Below are positions 18,912 through 28,020 of a stretch of 37,430 nucleotides of DNA, piece by piece. Below the pieces are notes generated by a model, which saw nothing but the letters and a program-made list of their open reading frames with translations, had not been told where the DNA came from and did no database searches. The stretch spans positions 1-37,430 of IMG/VR virus record IMGVR_UViG_3300012352_000690; one strand, given 5' to 3'. A program made the position numbers and the translations under genes. The stretch is from a virus. Taxonomy: Duplodnaviria; Caudoviricetes. Every line of letters starts with the position of its first letter. Position 1 is the first letter of the stretch.

Positions 18912-19247
18912 ATGAAAAATAGTACAGCGTACAATCTACTAATTTGTTACTCCCGACTTGTACAGGTCGGGATTGAGGGCGCGCCTTTTAGCGTTTCGCG
19001 ATTACTCAAACGCAACGCAAACGCATTAATGCACCTTGAAACAGAGAGGCAAGAAATCGCGTCAGGTGAGGCGAGCGATGAGGAAAAAGACGCGGCGTGG
19101 ATTGAGTTTTTAAATCAGGAATGCACCGCAGCGATTGAGCAACTCGATGAGGCAAAGATTGAAAACGTTATTGATGTAAAGATTGAAGGTGTAATGCTTT
19201 CAGCCTACTTAAATCAAATCCTTGAATTACAATGTTCGGAACAATAA
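18912..19247 (+). CDS. Hypothetical acidic protein (tail fibre region)
   Basis: ORF in operon context. Confidence 0.6.
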   Translation: MKNSTAYNLLICYSRLVQVGIEGAPFSVSRLLKRNANALMHLETERQEIASGEASDEEKDAAWIEFLNQECTAAIEQLDEAKIENVIDVKIEGVMLSAYLNQILELQCSEQ

Positions 19248-19549
19248 TAAGAGGCACAACCGTAAACGCGTTTCACGTTCTCCTTTGGGAGGATGAGGCG
19301 AAAACGCAGCCCGTAAACTTATCGGGGTACGCGGCACGTATGGATATTCGAGCAGGAGGAAAGGAGGGGCAAGTGGTTAAATCACTTGCTCTTACTATAT
19401 CTACACCGAACCGAATAGACATAGCGGAATGGAAGGCAGACTACAAGGCAGGCAAATACTTCACTGATTTGCGTCTTGAAAGCGCGGCGGGTGCTGGAAA
19501 AACCTATCTGCAAAGTGAGTTTAGTATAACGCAAAACATCACAGATTAA
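19232..19549 (+). CDS. Small tail/baseplate adaptor-like protein
   Basis: PVNLSGYAARMDIR...GKYFTDLRL pattern common upstream of phage fibre genes. Confidence 0.55.
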   Translation: MFGTIIRGTTVNAFHVLLWEDEAKTQPVNLSGYAARMDIRAGGKEGQVVKSLALTISTPNRIDIAEWKADYKAGKYFTDLRLESAAGAGKTYLQSEFSITQNITD

Positions 19550-21351
19550 TGGTAATACAAGTAAATATAGCTCAGCCAATTGTTCTGGAAGTCTTCAATA
19601 CCGTTACGGAAGAACGCGTATTGGAAGTTCAAGGGGGCGGGCTGGTGACAACAACGGACTTAACAGCGGCTGTTACGGCGGCGGCTAGTTCGGCAAGTGG
19701 TGCGAGTGCGAGTGCAGCAATTGCGTTAAGTTCGGCTAGTTCGGCGGCGGCAAGCGCGGAAAGTGCTTTAGCGAGCGCGAGTAGCGCAATTGTTAGCGCG
19801 GAGAGTTCGGCGGGTTCGGAAAATGTTGCAAGTGCGGCGGCAAACTCCGCAACGGCAAGTGCTACGGCTGCGGGGGGGTCGGAATTGGCAGCGGCGGCAA
19901 GTGCGAGTAGTGCAACGAATAGTGCCAGTAGTGCAAATGCAAGTGCTACGGCTGCTTTGGCGAGTGCGACTGCGGCGGCTGCCTCCGAGCAATCCGTTAG
20001 CGATAACGCGGAGATAGCAACAACTCAAGCAAGCTCTGCAACAGCAGCGGCGGCAAGTGCCTTAGCGAGTGCAAACACATCAACAACGGCAGCGACAACG
20101 GCTACAAATGCTGCAAGTTCTGCGACGGCAAGTGCTACATCGGCGAGTAATAGTGCAAGTAGTGCGAGTGCGAGTGCTAGTACGGCTACAACTCAAGCAG
20201 GCATTGCAACTACTCAAGCAGGGATAGCAACAACGGCAGCGAATAATGCGAGTGCGAGTGCAACGGCGGCTGCTGCAAGTGCAACGGCTGCTGCAAACGT
20301 TCCTACATTTTCGGGAATTGCAACAGGTGCCTTAGTTCGAAAAACTTCGACGGGGGTAACATCATCTCTACTTTTCGATACGGGAGTATTTCTCCGTACT
20401 AGCGAAAATTTAGTGCTAGGTGCAACGGTTTCGCAAGGCAATAGATTAGAAGTTACGGGCAATTCTTTGTTTACGGGAAATGTTACGGTTACGGGGACAA
20501 TTAATACATTGCGAGTTTGGCGAGGGCTGAATGATAACGGTGATAATACGATTATTGGAAATGCGGCAAGTGCATTGACGAATGGCATTAGGAATACTTT
20601 TTTTGGAAGAAGCGTTGGTGGGTTTGCCACGACAGCAAGTGACAACACGCTGATTGGTTGGCGTGCTGGCGTTAATATTACGACAGGAAATTTTACAACC
20701 GTAGTTGGGTCTAATGCTGCGATTGGGGATATAACTGGGTTTTTCAATTCAATATATGGCGCAAGGGCTGCACAACCTATAAGTACAGGAAATAGTAATA
20801 GTATTTTTGGTTTTGAAGCAGGTTTTTCGTTATCATCTGGCAGTGACAATAGTATTTTTGGCGACATAGCAGGTAGGCTTTTAACGTCTAGTAACAATTC
20901 GATTTTTGGCAAGTCTGCTGGGCAACTTGCTACTACTGGCTCTAATCTAAACCTATTTGGGAGCAGGGCAGGTGTACGTAATACGACAGGGAGCAACATT
21001 TGTGCGTTTGGGTCGGCTGCTGGTGAATTTAATGTAGATGGAAGCCATGCCACTATCCAAAACAACTCCTTATTCATCGGTAACGATTCCCGACCACTTG
21101 CTAACGACCAAACGAACCAAATCGTAATTGGTCATGCGAGTAGGGGCTTAGGTTCAAATACAACCGTAATAGGAAATTCATCAACACAAACTTTCGGAAT
21201 GTGGGGGCAATTGCGTTTCATGGGTTTAACTTCGCCACCTGCAAGTATGACAGCGACGGGAACGGCGGGGGAGACAAGAATGACATCAAACGGGTTATAC
21301 ATTTGCATAGCAACAAACACGTGGAGATTATTACAAACAACAACATTTTAA
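19549..21351 (+). CDS. Tail fibre protein with Ala/Ser/Thr-rich shaft and NxxxGxxAG repeat (beta-roll/YadA-head-like) domain
   Basis: ~210-aa ASA-rich stretch followed by ~14-aa repeats such as NSIFGFEAG, NSIFGDIAG, NSIFGKSAG. Confidence 0.8.
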   Translation: MVIQVNIAQPIVLEVFNTVTEERVLEVQGGGLVTTTDLTAAVTAAASSASGASASAAIALSSASSAAASAESALASASSAIVSAESSAGSENVASAAANSATASATAAGGSELAAAASASSATNSASSANASATAALASATAAAASEQSVSDNAEIATTQASSATAAAASALASANTSTTAATTATNAASSATASATSASNSASSASASASTATTQAGIATTQAGIATTAANNASASATAAAASATAAANVPTFSGIATGALVRKTSTGVTSSLLFDTGVFLRTSENLVLGATVSQGNRLEVTGNSLFTGNVTVTGTINTLRVWRGLNDNGDNTIIGNAASALTNGIRNTFFGRSVGGFATTASDNTLIGWRAGVNITTGNFTTVVGSNAAIGDITGFFNSIYGARAAQPISTGNSNSIFGFEAGFSLSSGSDNSIFGDIAGRLLTSSNNSIFGKSAGQLATTGSNLNLFGSRAGVRNTTGSNICAFGSAAGEFNVDGSHATIQNNSLFIGNDSRPLANDQTNQIVIGHASRGLGSNTTVIGNSSTQTFGMWGQLRFMGLTSPPASMTATGTAGETRMTSNGLYICIATNTWRLLQTTTF

Positions 21352-21354
21352 AAT

Positions 21355-21666
21355 ATGAAAAAGACATTCGAGTTAAACAACATTAGCGTACAAGGAGCCA
21401 TATTCCCAGCACGCCTTTTTTTTGATACAATTACGGCAGCGGACGAAAATGGGGACGTAGGCATTTATGCTCGTCTTGAAACGCCGTTCAATAATGCAGC
21501 GGGTGATGTTACAGTTTGGTGGGAAGGGAATGCTCAAATCCCCGAAACGGCAATCATTCCCGTAATTATGAACGATGTTGCAACAATTAACGCTATTCTT
21601 GCAGGCTTCCAATTTGGCGGGCACTTAGCAGGTATTACATTATCACTAAAACAAGAAGAAGAATGA
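21355..21666 (+). CDS. Hypothetical protein (possible fibre assembly chaperone)
   Basis: Directly follows the fibre gene. Confidence 0.55.
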   Translation: MKKTFELNNISVQGAIFPARLFFDTITAADENGDVGIYARLETPFNNAAGDVTVWWEGNAQIPETAIIPVIMNDVATINAILAGFQFGGHLAGITLSLKQEEE

Positions 21667-22019
21667 TGCTATTTATTCTCGCTGTAGTACTCAGCTACAT
21701 AATCCTTCCAGCCGCGATGCTGTATTCTCTCATCGCACCTCCTAGCGGAGGGCGCCGGCGGTATCTTCGCAAGGCAGCCATATCCATTGACCAGACAGGG
21801 AATGCGATTGGCGGCTACTTTTTGCGCGTTATCCTTGTTAAGAAGAACGCGCCTTTACTCGCGCTTCAATGGTGGGGAAATCCCGACGTAACTATCTCTT
21901 TTGCGCTTGCAAAATGCAAAGGATACGAAACGCGGGCGGGCAGATTCCTAGTTTGGTTTCTTGAATACGTTGACCCGGGGCACATGAAAAGAGCAATTGA
22001 TTATGAAACTTTCAAATAA
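21663..22019 (+). CDS. Membrane protein at start of lysis module
   Basis: N-terminal TM segment, AISIDQTGN...GNPDVTIS...DPGH pattern. Confidence 0.6.
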   Translation: MMLFILAVVLSYIILPAAMLYSLIAPPSGGRRRYLRKAAISIDQTGNAIGGYFLRVILVKKNAPLLALQWWGNPDVTISFALAKCKGYETRAGRFLVWFLEYVDPGHMKRAIDYETFK

Positions 22020-22449
22020 CTTTACACTTGCCGAGTATCTCCGTTCAGCAACGGCAGACAAATTCGGATTCGCGGAGCAGTACAATCCGCCTGCCAACAT
22101 CCTTGCTAATATCCGACGCATTAATGAATATGTTGAGCGAATAAGGGAAGAAATGAACCGCCCGCTTAGGATTGCAAGTGGGTATCGCTGTAAGCGCGTG
22201 AATGATAAAGTAGGCGGTGTAGGCAACTCTATGCACCTTGACGCGCTTGCCGTTGATATTGCATACAACTCAATCCCCGACGCGCTAAGGCTTATTGATG
22301 CAGGAATCGCAGCGGGTTTTACGCGTATCGGATTAGGTAGCGGATTTATACATTTCGATTTAAAACCGACTAAAACGGTCTGGATTTACGGGCGAAAAAC
22401 GCCGAAGGAATTGTCTCAACAATTAGAAAATATACGAAAGAAATTATGA
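22003..22449 (+). CDS. Endolysin, peptidase M15A family (Zn D-Ala-D-Ala peptidase fold)
   Basis: LSNNFTLAEY, SGYRC, SMH...AVD and FIHFD motifs. Confidence 0.9.
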   Translation: MKLSNNFTLAEYLRSATADKFGFAEQYNPPANILANIRRINEYVERIREEMNRPLRIASGYRCKRVNDKVGGVGNSMHLDALAVDIAYNSIPDALRLIDAGIAAGFTRIGLGSGFIHFDLKPTKTVWIYGRKTPKELSQQLENIRKKL

Positions 22450-22826
22450 CAGAATTAAGTGCAAAAATGCTCGTAGCAGCAATCTACCCCTTCCTTTTCT
22501 CCTTCCTCGGATTCCTACAATCGCGTGGGTTCGATATTGAGTTAATGTATTGGGGGGCAGTCGGACAAGGGGTAAGTATTCTTATTCAGTACTCGGACGA
22601 ACGCCGAAAAGCGATGCAAGCGCGCAGTGCGGTAGATTGGATTTTGTGGGTGCTAAATATCGTAAAAGCGGGCTTTCTAGCTATGTTTTTTGCGCAATTA
22701 ATAGTAGATGAGGGGTGGCTTTCGTCTGTGCATTTAGCAGCTATTTTCATTGGATTATTAGCTGATATGGCGCTTCCGCTTTATGAAGTAATTGGAAAAT
22801 GGATCAAAAATAAAATAGACAAATGA
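22446..22826 (+). CDS. Putative holin
   Basis: Several hydrophobic segments, basic C-terminus, adjacent to endolysin. Confidence 0.65.
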   Translation: MTELSAKMLVAAIYPFLFSFLGFLQSRGFDIELMYWGAVGQGVSILIQYSDERRKAMQARSAVDWILWVLNIVKAGFLAMFFAQLIVDEGWLSSVHLAAIFIGLLADMALPLYEVIGKWIKNKIDK

Positions 22827-23272
22827 TAAAGTTCTTATTAAGTATTTTAAAAATTCCCGTTGCATTTTTTAAGTGGATTTGGTCGCTACTCATGCGATTG
22901 GATTTCGGGGATAGGGTTGCAATTTTTCTGGCACTAATTGCTATAAGTTCTGTTATGATTAACCTTCGTTTGAAAGACAAAAACGCAGCATTATCGGAGG
23001 AGTTAAAAATGCACCAGCAGTTTGTTATCGACCTGCAGCGATTAACAGGTGACTTAAATAAGGAACTAAAAGTTACCTCCGCAAAATTCGATAGTAGCAA
23101 CCAACGCGGTGTAGAATTGCAAGCAGATGTAGTATTTTGGGCAGAGCGCGTGAAGGGGTTGCAAGGTGTGATTTGGGAGCAACGAAGGGAAGCGGATTCG
23201 CTAAGAAATGCGCGGGTAAAATATATAGATAGGTGTTACAACTGTTTTGGTAAATTGGTTAAGTGCAAATGA
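22823..23272 (+). CDS. Putative spanin-like membrane-anchored coiled-coil protein
   Basis: N-terminal TM, long coiled coil, C-terminal Cys residues, last gene of lysis module. Confidence 0.5.
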   Translation: MIKFLLSILKIPVAFFKWIWSLLMRLDFGDRVAIFLALIAISSVMINLRLKDKNAALSEELKMHQQFVIDLQRLTGDLNKELKVTSAKFDSSNQRGVELQADVVFWAERVKGLQGVIWEQRREADSLRNARVKYIDRCYNCFGKLVKCK

Positions 23273-23286
23273 GTGAGTTTTTGATG

Positions 23287-23321
23287 TATATACGCCATAA
23301 TTTTTAGTTATGGCGTATATA
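23287..23321. terminator. Perfect 14-bp inverted repeat at convergence of late and early transcription
   Basis: TATATACGCCATAA-tttttag-TTATGGCGTATATA. Confidence 0.6.
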
Positions 23322-23345
23322 TGCTTGTTATAGGTAATAAGCCTA

Positions 23346-23654
23346 CTACTTTAATTCTTCAAAAACAGCTTTCACCTTTTTAACACCCTTGTCTTTAGTA
23401 TCTTGTATTATTTCTCTTTGATACTTTCCGCTCAAAACATCATTTTTTAAGTCCTTTAATTCTAAGTCTTAAAATTTGCCTGTAAGTAGTCATTGATGCA
23501 AGCTGGATTGACATTAAATCAAATTGATAGCTTCCTACAATCTTATAAAATCCATCTTTATTTAGTGCACTTGAAAGGCTATGAATTTTCTTACCTTCGT
23601 CTTCTCCGTTCTCATCACTAGGCAATTCCCAACCTCGATACTGATTATACTCTA
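23346..23654 (-). pseudogene. Start-less, frameshifted chimeric gene remnant
   Basis: Frame reads LEYNQYRGWELPSDENGEDEG... after an in-frame stop. Removing one A from the A6 run at ~23445 extends it to TAG at 23346. Confidence 0.5.
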
Positions 23655-23927
23655 ATCAACTTCCGGCCCCCTCTCGTCCTTAATCTCGCCCTTAAATAAC
23701 ACATCTATCGTGTCTTTAGGAAGCGATTTTTTTAACTCCCTCTCCAAATACCAAATTGCCTTTCTTAAATCCTCTTCCCGCGTGTCCGCGTTTTTCTTTC
23801 CAGCCCGCGCAATGTACTTGACCGCGTTGCCTAAACTAAATCCTAATTCCCATGCTTCGATGACTTTAATGGCCTCGTATGGGTTGTCTTGTCCGCCGTA
23901 GTGCGCGGGGTGGTTGATGTTGTTCAT
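23652..23927 (-). CDS. DUF3310-family protein
   Basis: INHPAHY...EAIKVI...GFSLGNAVKYIARAGKK...EDLRKAIWYL. Confidence 0.88.
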   Translation of the reverse strand: MNNINHPAHYGGQDNPYEAIKVIEAWELGFSLGNAVKYIARAGKKNADTREEDLRKAIWYLERELKKSLPKDTIDVLFKGEIKDERGPEVD

Positions 23928-24121
23928 CTTTCTTTTATGTTAATATTAATAAATTCCCTTGTTCCAATTGTAAAAATAAAAGAAAGGAATGTGAGTAAAA
24001 ATCTATCGCTACTAGCCCACGTTGAAGCATCCCATCTCCAAAAACAAAAACCAAAAGTAAGGTATAGTAAAAGAGGAATACCTAATGTTGCAAATACGAG
24101 TAATTTCTGTTTCTTTGTCAT
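23924..24121 (-). CDS. Small two-TM membrane protein
   Basis: Two hydrophobic segments, 4-nt overlaps with neighbours. Confidence 0.7.
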   Translation of the reverse strand: MTKKQKLLVFATLGIPLLLYLTFGFCFWRWDASTWASSDRFLLTFLSFIFTIGTREFININIKER

Positions 24122-24324
24122 TTTACCCTTTCTCTTAAAATTTCAATTAAATTCTTATCCTCCAACCTTGCATCTTGAGCCAATTGCCTGATACTACGCG
24201 CAATAAGAAGCGGCGTAATAAGGGAAGTACCGTACCAGTACCTCCCGTTGACCTTTGCGACGTTGTCGCCGTTTTTCTTCCACCAGGCGTTAAACGCGTC
24301 GTGGTGTGCTTTATAGTTTCGCAT
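24118..24324 (-). CDS. Hypothetical protein
   Basis: Coupled ORF in early operon. Confidence 0.65.
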   Translation of the reverse strand: MRNYKAHHDAFNAWWKKNGDNVAKVNGRYWYGTSLITPLLIARSIRQLAQDARLEDKNLIEILRERVK

Positions 24325-24604
24325 TGCCCTCTACTAGATTTAGTACATCCATTAATTTTTGCAACCTAGGGTGCTCATACTCCTCTGCGAAAAATTCTCT
24401 CAGTAAGGCATACATCGCCGGAGCAGCCGCAATCATCCGCGCGTCTTGCATTGTCACGTTATCAACCAATGCCCCGTTCTCTTTCGTTCCGCGAATGTGT
24501 CCGTACAGGCTGCATACCTCTTCTTTGTAGAATCCAATGTCGCGGGTGATGTGTATATACCCTTTCCCCTGAATCTCAATCTCCCACTTTTCTTGCTTAA
24601 TCAT
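24311..24604 (-). CDS. Hypothetical phage protein
   Basis: DARMIAAAPAMY motif common in small phage proteins. Confidence 0.7.
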   Translation of the reverse strand: MIKQEKWEIEIQGKGYIHITRDIGFYKEEVCSLYGHIRGTKENGALVDNVTMQDARMIAAAPAMYALLREFFAEEYEHPRLQKLMDVLNLVEGNAKL

Positions 24605-25212
24605 TTCACTGTATATTTATATGTTACTTCTTTTTTTAACTCGTTGTAGTCTGCAATTCCGAACGTCCCTTCGATTAACTTCGCTTCGAATTTTCTTCTA
24701 TTGACCAACCCCTTTGAAACAAAACGCTTACCCGTACGCGGGTCTTTTACCTTATTCCACATTAGTAGCCGCTTCACCGCTTTTGCTTTCTGCCCACGCT
24801 CCAAGTATTTTACAAAACCACTGTTTTCGATTCCTTTCATATCGCCAGTATTGTACAATAAGCTAACCAATACCGATTTCTGCATGTAGGTAAATTTCGG
24901 GAAACGCTTATTGATTTGCGTATAACACTCCTCAATTTTGGCTTTAAAAATGCGGTCTGCATGATGTACGTCTTTCACCGCCTTCACGTCCGTAAAACCC
25001 CAGCCGACTGTGCGTTTGCCAGCCTGACAATAATACGGTTTCTTTTTATACGCCTCCCACTTTTTCACGCTCCAGCACATTATCTGATACTGTTGCGTTG
25101 ATGTTAGTCCGTTTACAATTGTGGCCGTGCGTGCTTTCCCTGCGGGTTTTTCCTGGTATTCGCGCACTGGTGACGCGAATACTAGGAAAATAGGAATGAT
25201 GAATTGCAACAT
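24601..25212 (-). CDS. GH24 (phage lysozyme) muramidase with N-terminal signal/anchor
   Basis: Catalytic triad E-x8-C-x5-T (EAYKKKPYYCQAGKRT), VGWG, SLLYNTG, GLVNRRKFE. Hydrophobic N-terminus MLQFIIPIFLVFA. Confidence 0.88.
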   Translation of the reverse strand: MLQFIIPIFLVFASPVREYQEKPAGKARTATIVNGLTSTQQYQIMCWSVKKWEAYKKKPYYCQAGKRTVGWGFTDVKAVKDVHHADRIFKAKIEECYTQINKRFPKFTYMQKSVLVSLLYNTGDMKGIENSGFVKYLERGQKAKAVKRLLMWNKVKDPRTGKRFVSKGLVNRRKFEAKLIEGTFGIADYNELKKEVTYKYTVK

Positions 25213-25226
25213 AGCGTAATTAGTGT

Positions 25227-25619
25227 TTAGATTTGATAAAATTGTTTTAGTAATTCTTTTTGCTCTTCGATGAAGCGGTGGGCTGTTTCTATGTCTTTTA
25301 GGTTGAAGACCTCTCTACTAGAGGCTATTGCGAACTCAATTTGTGTTAAAAATATACCAAAATCCCCTTCTTCCCCCTCATTGTAATACGCCTCCAAAAC
25401 CTTTAATTTTTGATAGGCTAATAAGGATAGTGCGTCTTTTTCGGTAGGGACGTTGCCTTTTAACTGTGCTATATAAGGAATGACATTGGATCCAGTCAAT
25501 TGTGCATAAAAAATCGGTTTAACAACCTTCAATGCCTCCTCATACGTCGGCACTTTCGCCTCATGCAACTCAACTCTAAATTTCTTCCCGTCGATTTCGA
25601 CAATTTCATTGTTTTTCAT
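25227..25619 (-). CDS. Hypothetical protein
   Basis: ORF with A-rich start context. Confidence 0.7.
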   Translation of the reverse strand: MKNNEIVEIDGKKFRVELHEAKVPTYEEALKVVKPIFYAQLTGSNVIPYIAQLKGNVPTEKDALSLLAYQKLKVLEAYYNEGEEGDFGIFLTQIEFAIASSREVFNLKDIETAHRFIEEQKELLKQFYQI

Positions 25620-25630
25620 AATAATTGTTG

Positions 25631-25840
25631 TTATTGTTTTGGATACTTATACTGACTAATCTGAGTGATTTTTGTTAATTCATTTTTCAAATCAAGTGCT
25701 GCCCTTTTTACGGATGCCATTTTTTTTGAAGGCGAATAATCTTTATTGATTGCTTGCTCCTTAATAGCAGCCTCTAATTTATCTTTAAATCTTAACATTT
25801 CTTTCTCTACCTCCTTCAAAATGTCTGCGTTGTTTTTCAT
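25631..25840 (-). CDS. Hypothetical coiled-coil protein
   Basis: ORF whose 21-nt start region is identical to that of the downstream gene. Confidence 0.7.
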   Translation of the reverse strand: MKNNADILKEVEKEMLRFKDKLEAAIKEQAINKDYSPSKKMASVKRAALDLKNELTKITQISQYKYPKQ

Positions 25841-25917
25841 AATAATTGTTTTAAAAAGTATAAAGACTTAGCAAGGCAAAAGCCTGAAGCAAATCAAATT
25901 AAAAATTAGTGATTCTA

Positions 25918-26427
25918 TCATTTCAAATTATATTTTTCGATTAATCTATTAAGTGCTGCATCTATCTTGCTCTCAAGCGGGTGATTGCTTGCCCGCAGGG
26001 AGATAAGGATTAAATCATACATACGGTTGACTAGGTCTTCGTATTGATCGATTACTAATTTCGGGTCTAATTGCTCGCTCACCTCTGTTTGCTCAACCCA
26101 TTCCGCCGCCGCCGCGTGGCAGACGCGTAATCCTGTAAGTACGGGTTTTGTAATCTTCCCCGACACGGATAAGTGCCGTTCTAATTCACGACTTGCATTT
26201 CTGTAATTCACCCATAATTGCCTCTGTGCTGCGTTTTCTTTGTTCGCGTTAAATACGCGGTTCAAGACTGGTTCAAGTTCACGGAGGGCTGATTCTAAGT
26301 TTTTGCGATTCGCCTTTTGATTGCCCTCGAAATTCGAATTTTCGAGGGTTTCTAAAGCTAGTTGTAAGGTGACGAAGCCGACCATACCTTCTTCTACATC
26401 TGAGGGTTTTATTTGTCTAGGATACAT
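25918..26427 (-). CDS. Hypothetical helical protein
   Basis: 169-aa ORF in operon. Confidence 0.7.
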   Translation of the reverse strand: MYPRQIKPSDVEEGMVGFVTLQLALETLENSNFEGNQKANRKNLESALRELEPVLNRVFNANKENAAQRQLWVNYRNASRELERHLSVSGKITKPVLTGLRVCHAAAAEWVEQTEVSEQLDPKLVIDQYEDLVNRMYDLILISLRASNHPLESKIDAALNRLIEKYNLK

Positions 26428-26429
26428 AG

Positions 26430-26543
26430 TTACTTTAGTTTTTGTTCGATTTTTGCAGCTAGTACTTTTGCCAGCTGCGTTAAATTAATTGTTATATGCC
26501 CGCCCTGGATAGGGTGCGTGATTGTCCGGTCTTGCTTGTTCAT
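26430..26543 (-). CDS. 37-aa hypothetical protein (not in ORF track)
   Basis: MNKQDRTITHPIQGGHITINLTQLAKVLAAKIEQKLK fills the gap between flanking genes almost exactly. Confidence 0.55.
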   Translation of the reverse strand: MNKQDRTITHPIQGGHITINLTQLAKVLAAKIEQKLK

Positions 26544-26544
26544 G

Positions 26545-26889
26545 TTAGTTGTACTTGTTAAGTTTGAAATATTCCTTCCCATCTGACAATGTCGTCGGTT
26601 CATCTTCCGGGATAAAGTAAATTGTTTGTTTGTCCTTAATCCCGTATATCCTGCAAAACGATTCGTACAATTTCTTAGAGAAAAAACCGCCGTTATTCTG
26701 CATCGGATAACCTTCTGTTTCGCTGAACGCGAAATACAAATCTCCCTTTTCCCGAACTACGACGACGTGCGTAGCTGTCTTGCTATCTTGCCACAAGGAT
26801 TTGCTTATATAGCATTGCCCCCTGTGGTTAATTAGTATTTTGCGAGCGTTTTTGCGCAGCGGATGCTCGTTTTTGTGAAATTTAATCAT
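26545..26889 (-). CDS. Hypothetical protein, probable paralog of 26886-27266
   Basis: Shared GxLYxxF...G, FxxKxL and LxDGxxY motifs. Confidence 0.7.
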   Translation of the reverse strand: MIKFHKNEHPLRKNARKILINHRGQCYISKSLWQDSKTATHVVVVREKGDLYFAFSETEGYPMQNNGGFFSKKLYESFCRIYGIKDKQTIYFIPEDEPTTLSDGKEYFKLNKYN

Positions 26890-27266
26890 TTTGATTCTTT
26901 AGTTAATCTGTGATATTGATTCCCGTCTTTAAGCTGTGTTTTTTCCTCGGAAATGAACACGCGCATAGTTCTATTTTCGTTGTAGTAAATCTCCTGCGCT
27001 TTTGCAGGAAGATAGTGCTTAACTAGATATTCGACTAAGGCCTTGTTTGCAAACGAACGACTTTTTAGGTTAAATCTAAAGCCGTTTTTTTTGTCAAAAC
27101 GGCAGTATAAATTCCCGTCGTTGTCTGCGATAACAATGCTGTTATTGTCGCTTATATAAGCGCTTGCTGACTTAGATAGAGTTACCTTTCCCGTTGCTGC
27201 AACATAGATGCACGGGTCGGCTTCTTTTCGCTTAGGATTAGAAAGAATTTCGTGTAGTAATTTCAT
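26886..27266 (-). CDS. Hypothetical protein, probable paralog of 26545-26889
   Basis: Same shared motifs, ATGA coupling. Confidence 0.7.
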   Translation of the reverse strand: MKLLHEILSNPKRKEADPCIYVAATGKVTLSKSASAYISDNNSIVIADNDGNLYCRFDKKNGFRFNLKSRSFANKALVEYLVKHYLPAKAQEIYYNENRTMRVFISEEKTQLKDGNQYHRLTKESK

Positions 27267-27457
27267 TCTGCTTCGTCGTTAGATGTGAATGCCGCGTATA
27301 GGGCAATAAAAGGGTATAAAGGAGTAAGTGCAATTAGAATTAAATAGGTTCTAAGTCTTGCTCGAGGATTTGTATATTCCGCGTGCAGCGTAAATCCTAA
27401 CACGGTGAACGCGGTTAGGATGTAGAGAATGCCGAGAGTCGCGATTAGGTGTTGCAT
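27263..27457 (-). CDS. Small two-TM membrane protein
   Basis: Two hydrophobic helices. Confidence 0.65.
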   Translation of the reverse strand: MQHLIATLGILYILTAFTVLGFTLHAEYTNPRARLRTYLILIALTPLYPFIALYAAFTSNDEAE

Positions 27458-28020
27458 AGTAGTTCGAGATTTGATTTTGAAATTGTAAATGTTTTTAGAA
27501 CTGAATTAATATTGCCGCCTTCTTTTAGAAATTTCTCAACCTTAGTCCATCGCGGATGGTCGGGGGTCAATTCGGGAAGTTGCGGGGCTGCCTCTTCCCT
27601 GTTCAGCGCGTCCACGTCGTCCTCGTCGGTGCTAATGTGGAAGAACTTCATAAGGAAGTATCTTTCGCCGTAGGTCATTGCGCTACCTGCTCCTTTGTCG
27701 AACCCGTTCTGCCCGCTTGCTGCCCAGTCGCAGGCAAGCGAATGACCTGTACCTACGTGAATCCAGGTGAATCGCATCTGAATTTTTGTCCAATACTCCG
27801 TCTTTTCGCGGGCTGGATTACCTACCTTGTAATCTACACGTTCTCCGTGTAAGGAGATGATTTCAGGAACAAGGAGTAAGCCTAGTTCATCCATAAGCGG
27901 GCGAACGTGGTCTAATAGCTTTTCACCCTTTAGGTATTTATACCCATTTGCACTCCCGTTCGCTTTTAACGACCGGGTTGAGCATTGGATTTTGTGGAGG
28001 GCTTGAAGTAACTCAATCAT
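27445..28020 (-). CDS. erf: ERF-family single-strand annealing protein
   Basis: YKY, KGAGSAMTYGERYFL and DEDDVD ERF signature. Confidence 0.88.
   Translation of the reverse strand: MIELLQALHKIQCSTRSLKANGSANGYKYLKGEKLLDHVRPLMDELGLLLVPEIISLHGERVDYKVGNPAREKTEYWTKIQMRFTWIHVGTGHSLACDWAASGQNGFDKGAGSAMTYGERYFLMKFFHISTDEDDVDALNREEAAPQLPELTPDHPRWTKVEKFLKEGGNINSVLKTFTISKSNLELLCNT

Noticed and set aside
19660-20300. GCAAGTGCG-type nucleotide repeats
   Set aside because: Explained by the Ala/Ser/Thr-rich fibre shaft, not an independent repeat element
20214-21077. 287-aa - strand ORF and other long antisense ORFs in structural genes
   Set aside because: Shadows of repetitive or biased coding sequence on the opposite strand
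11563-21351. Diversity-generating retroelement targeting fibre genes
   Set aside because: No reverse transcriptase ORF, and I did not see a TR/VR repeat pair
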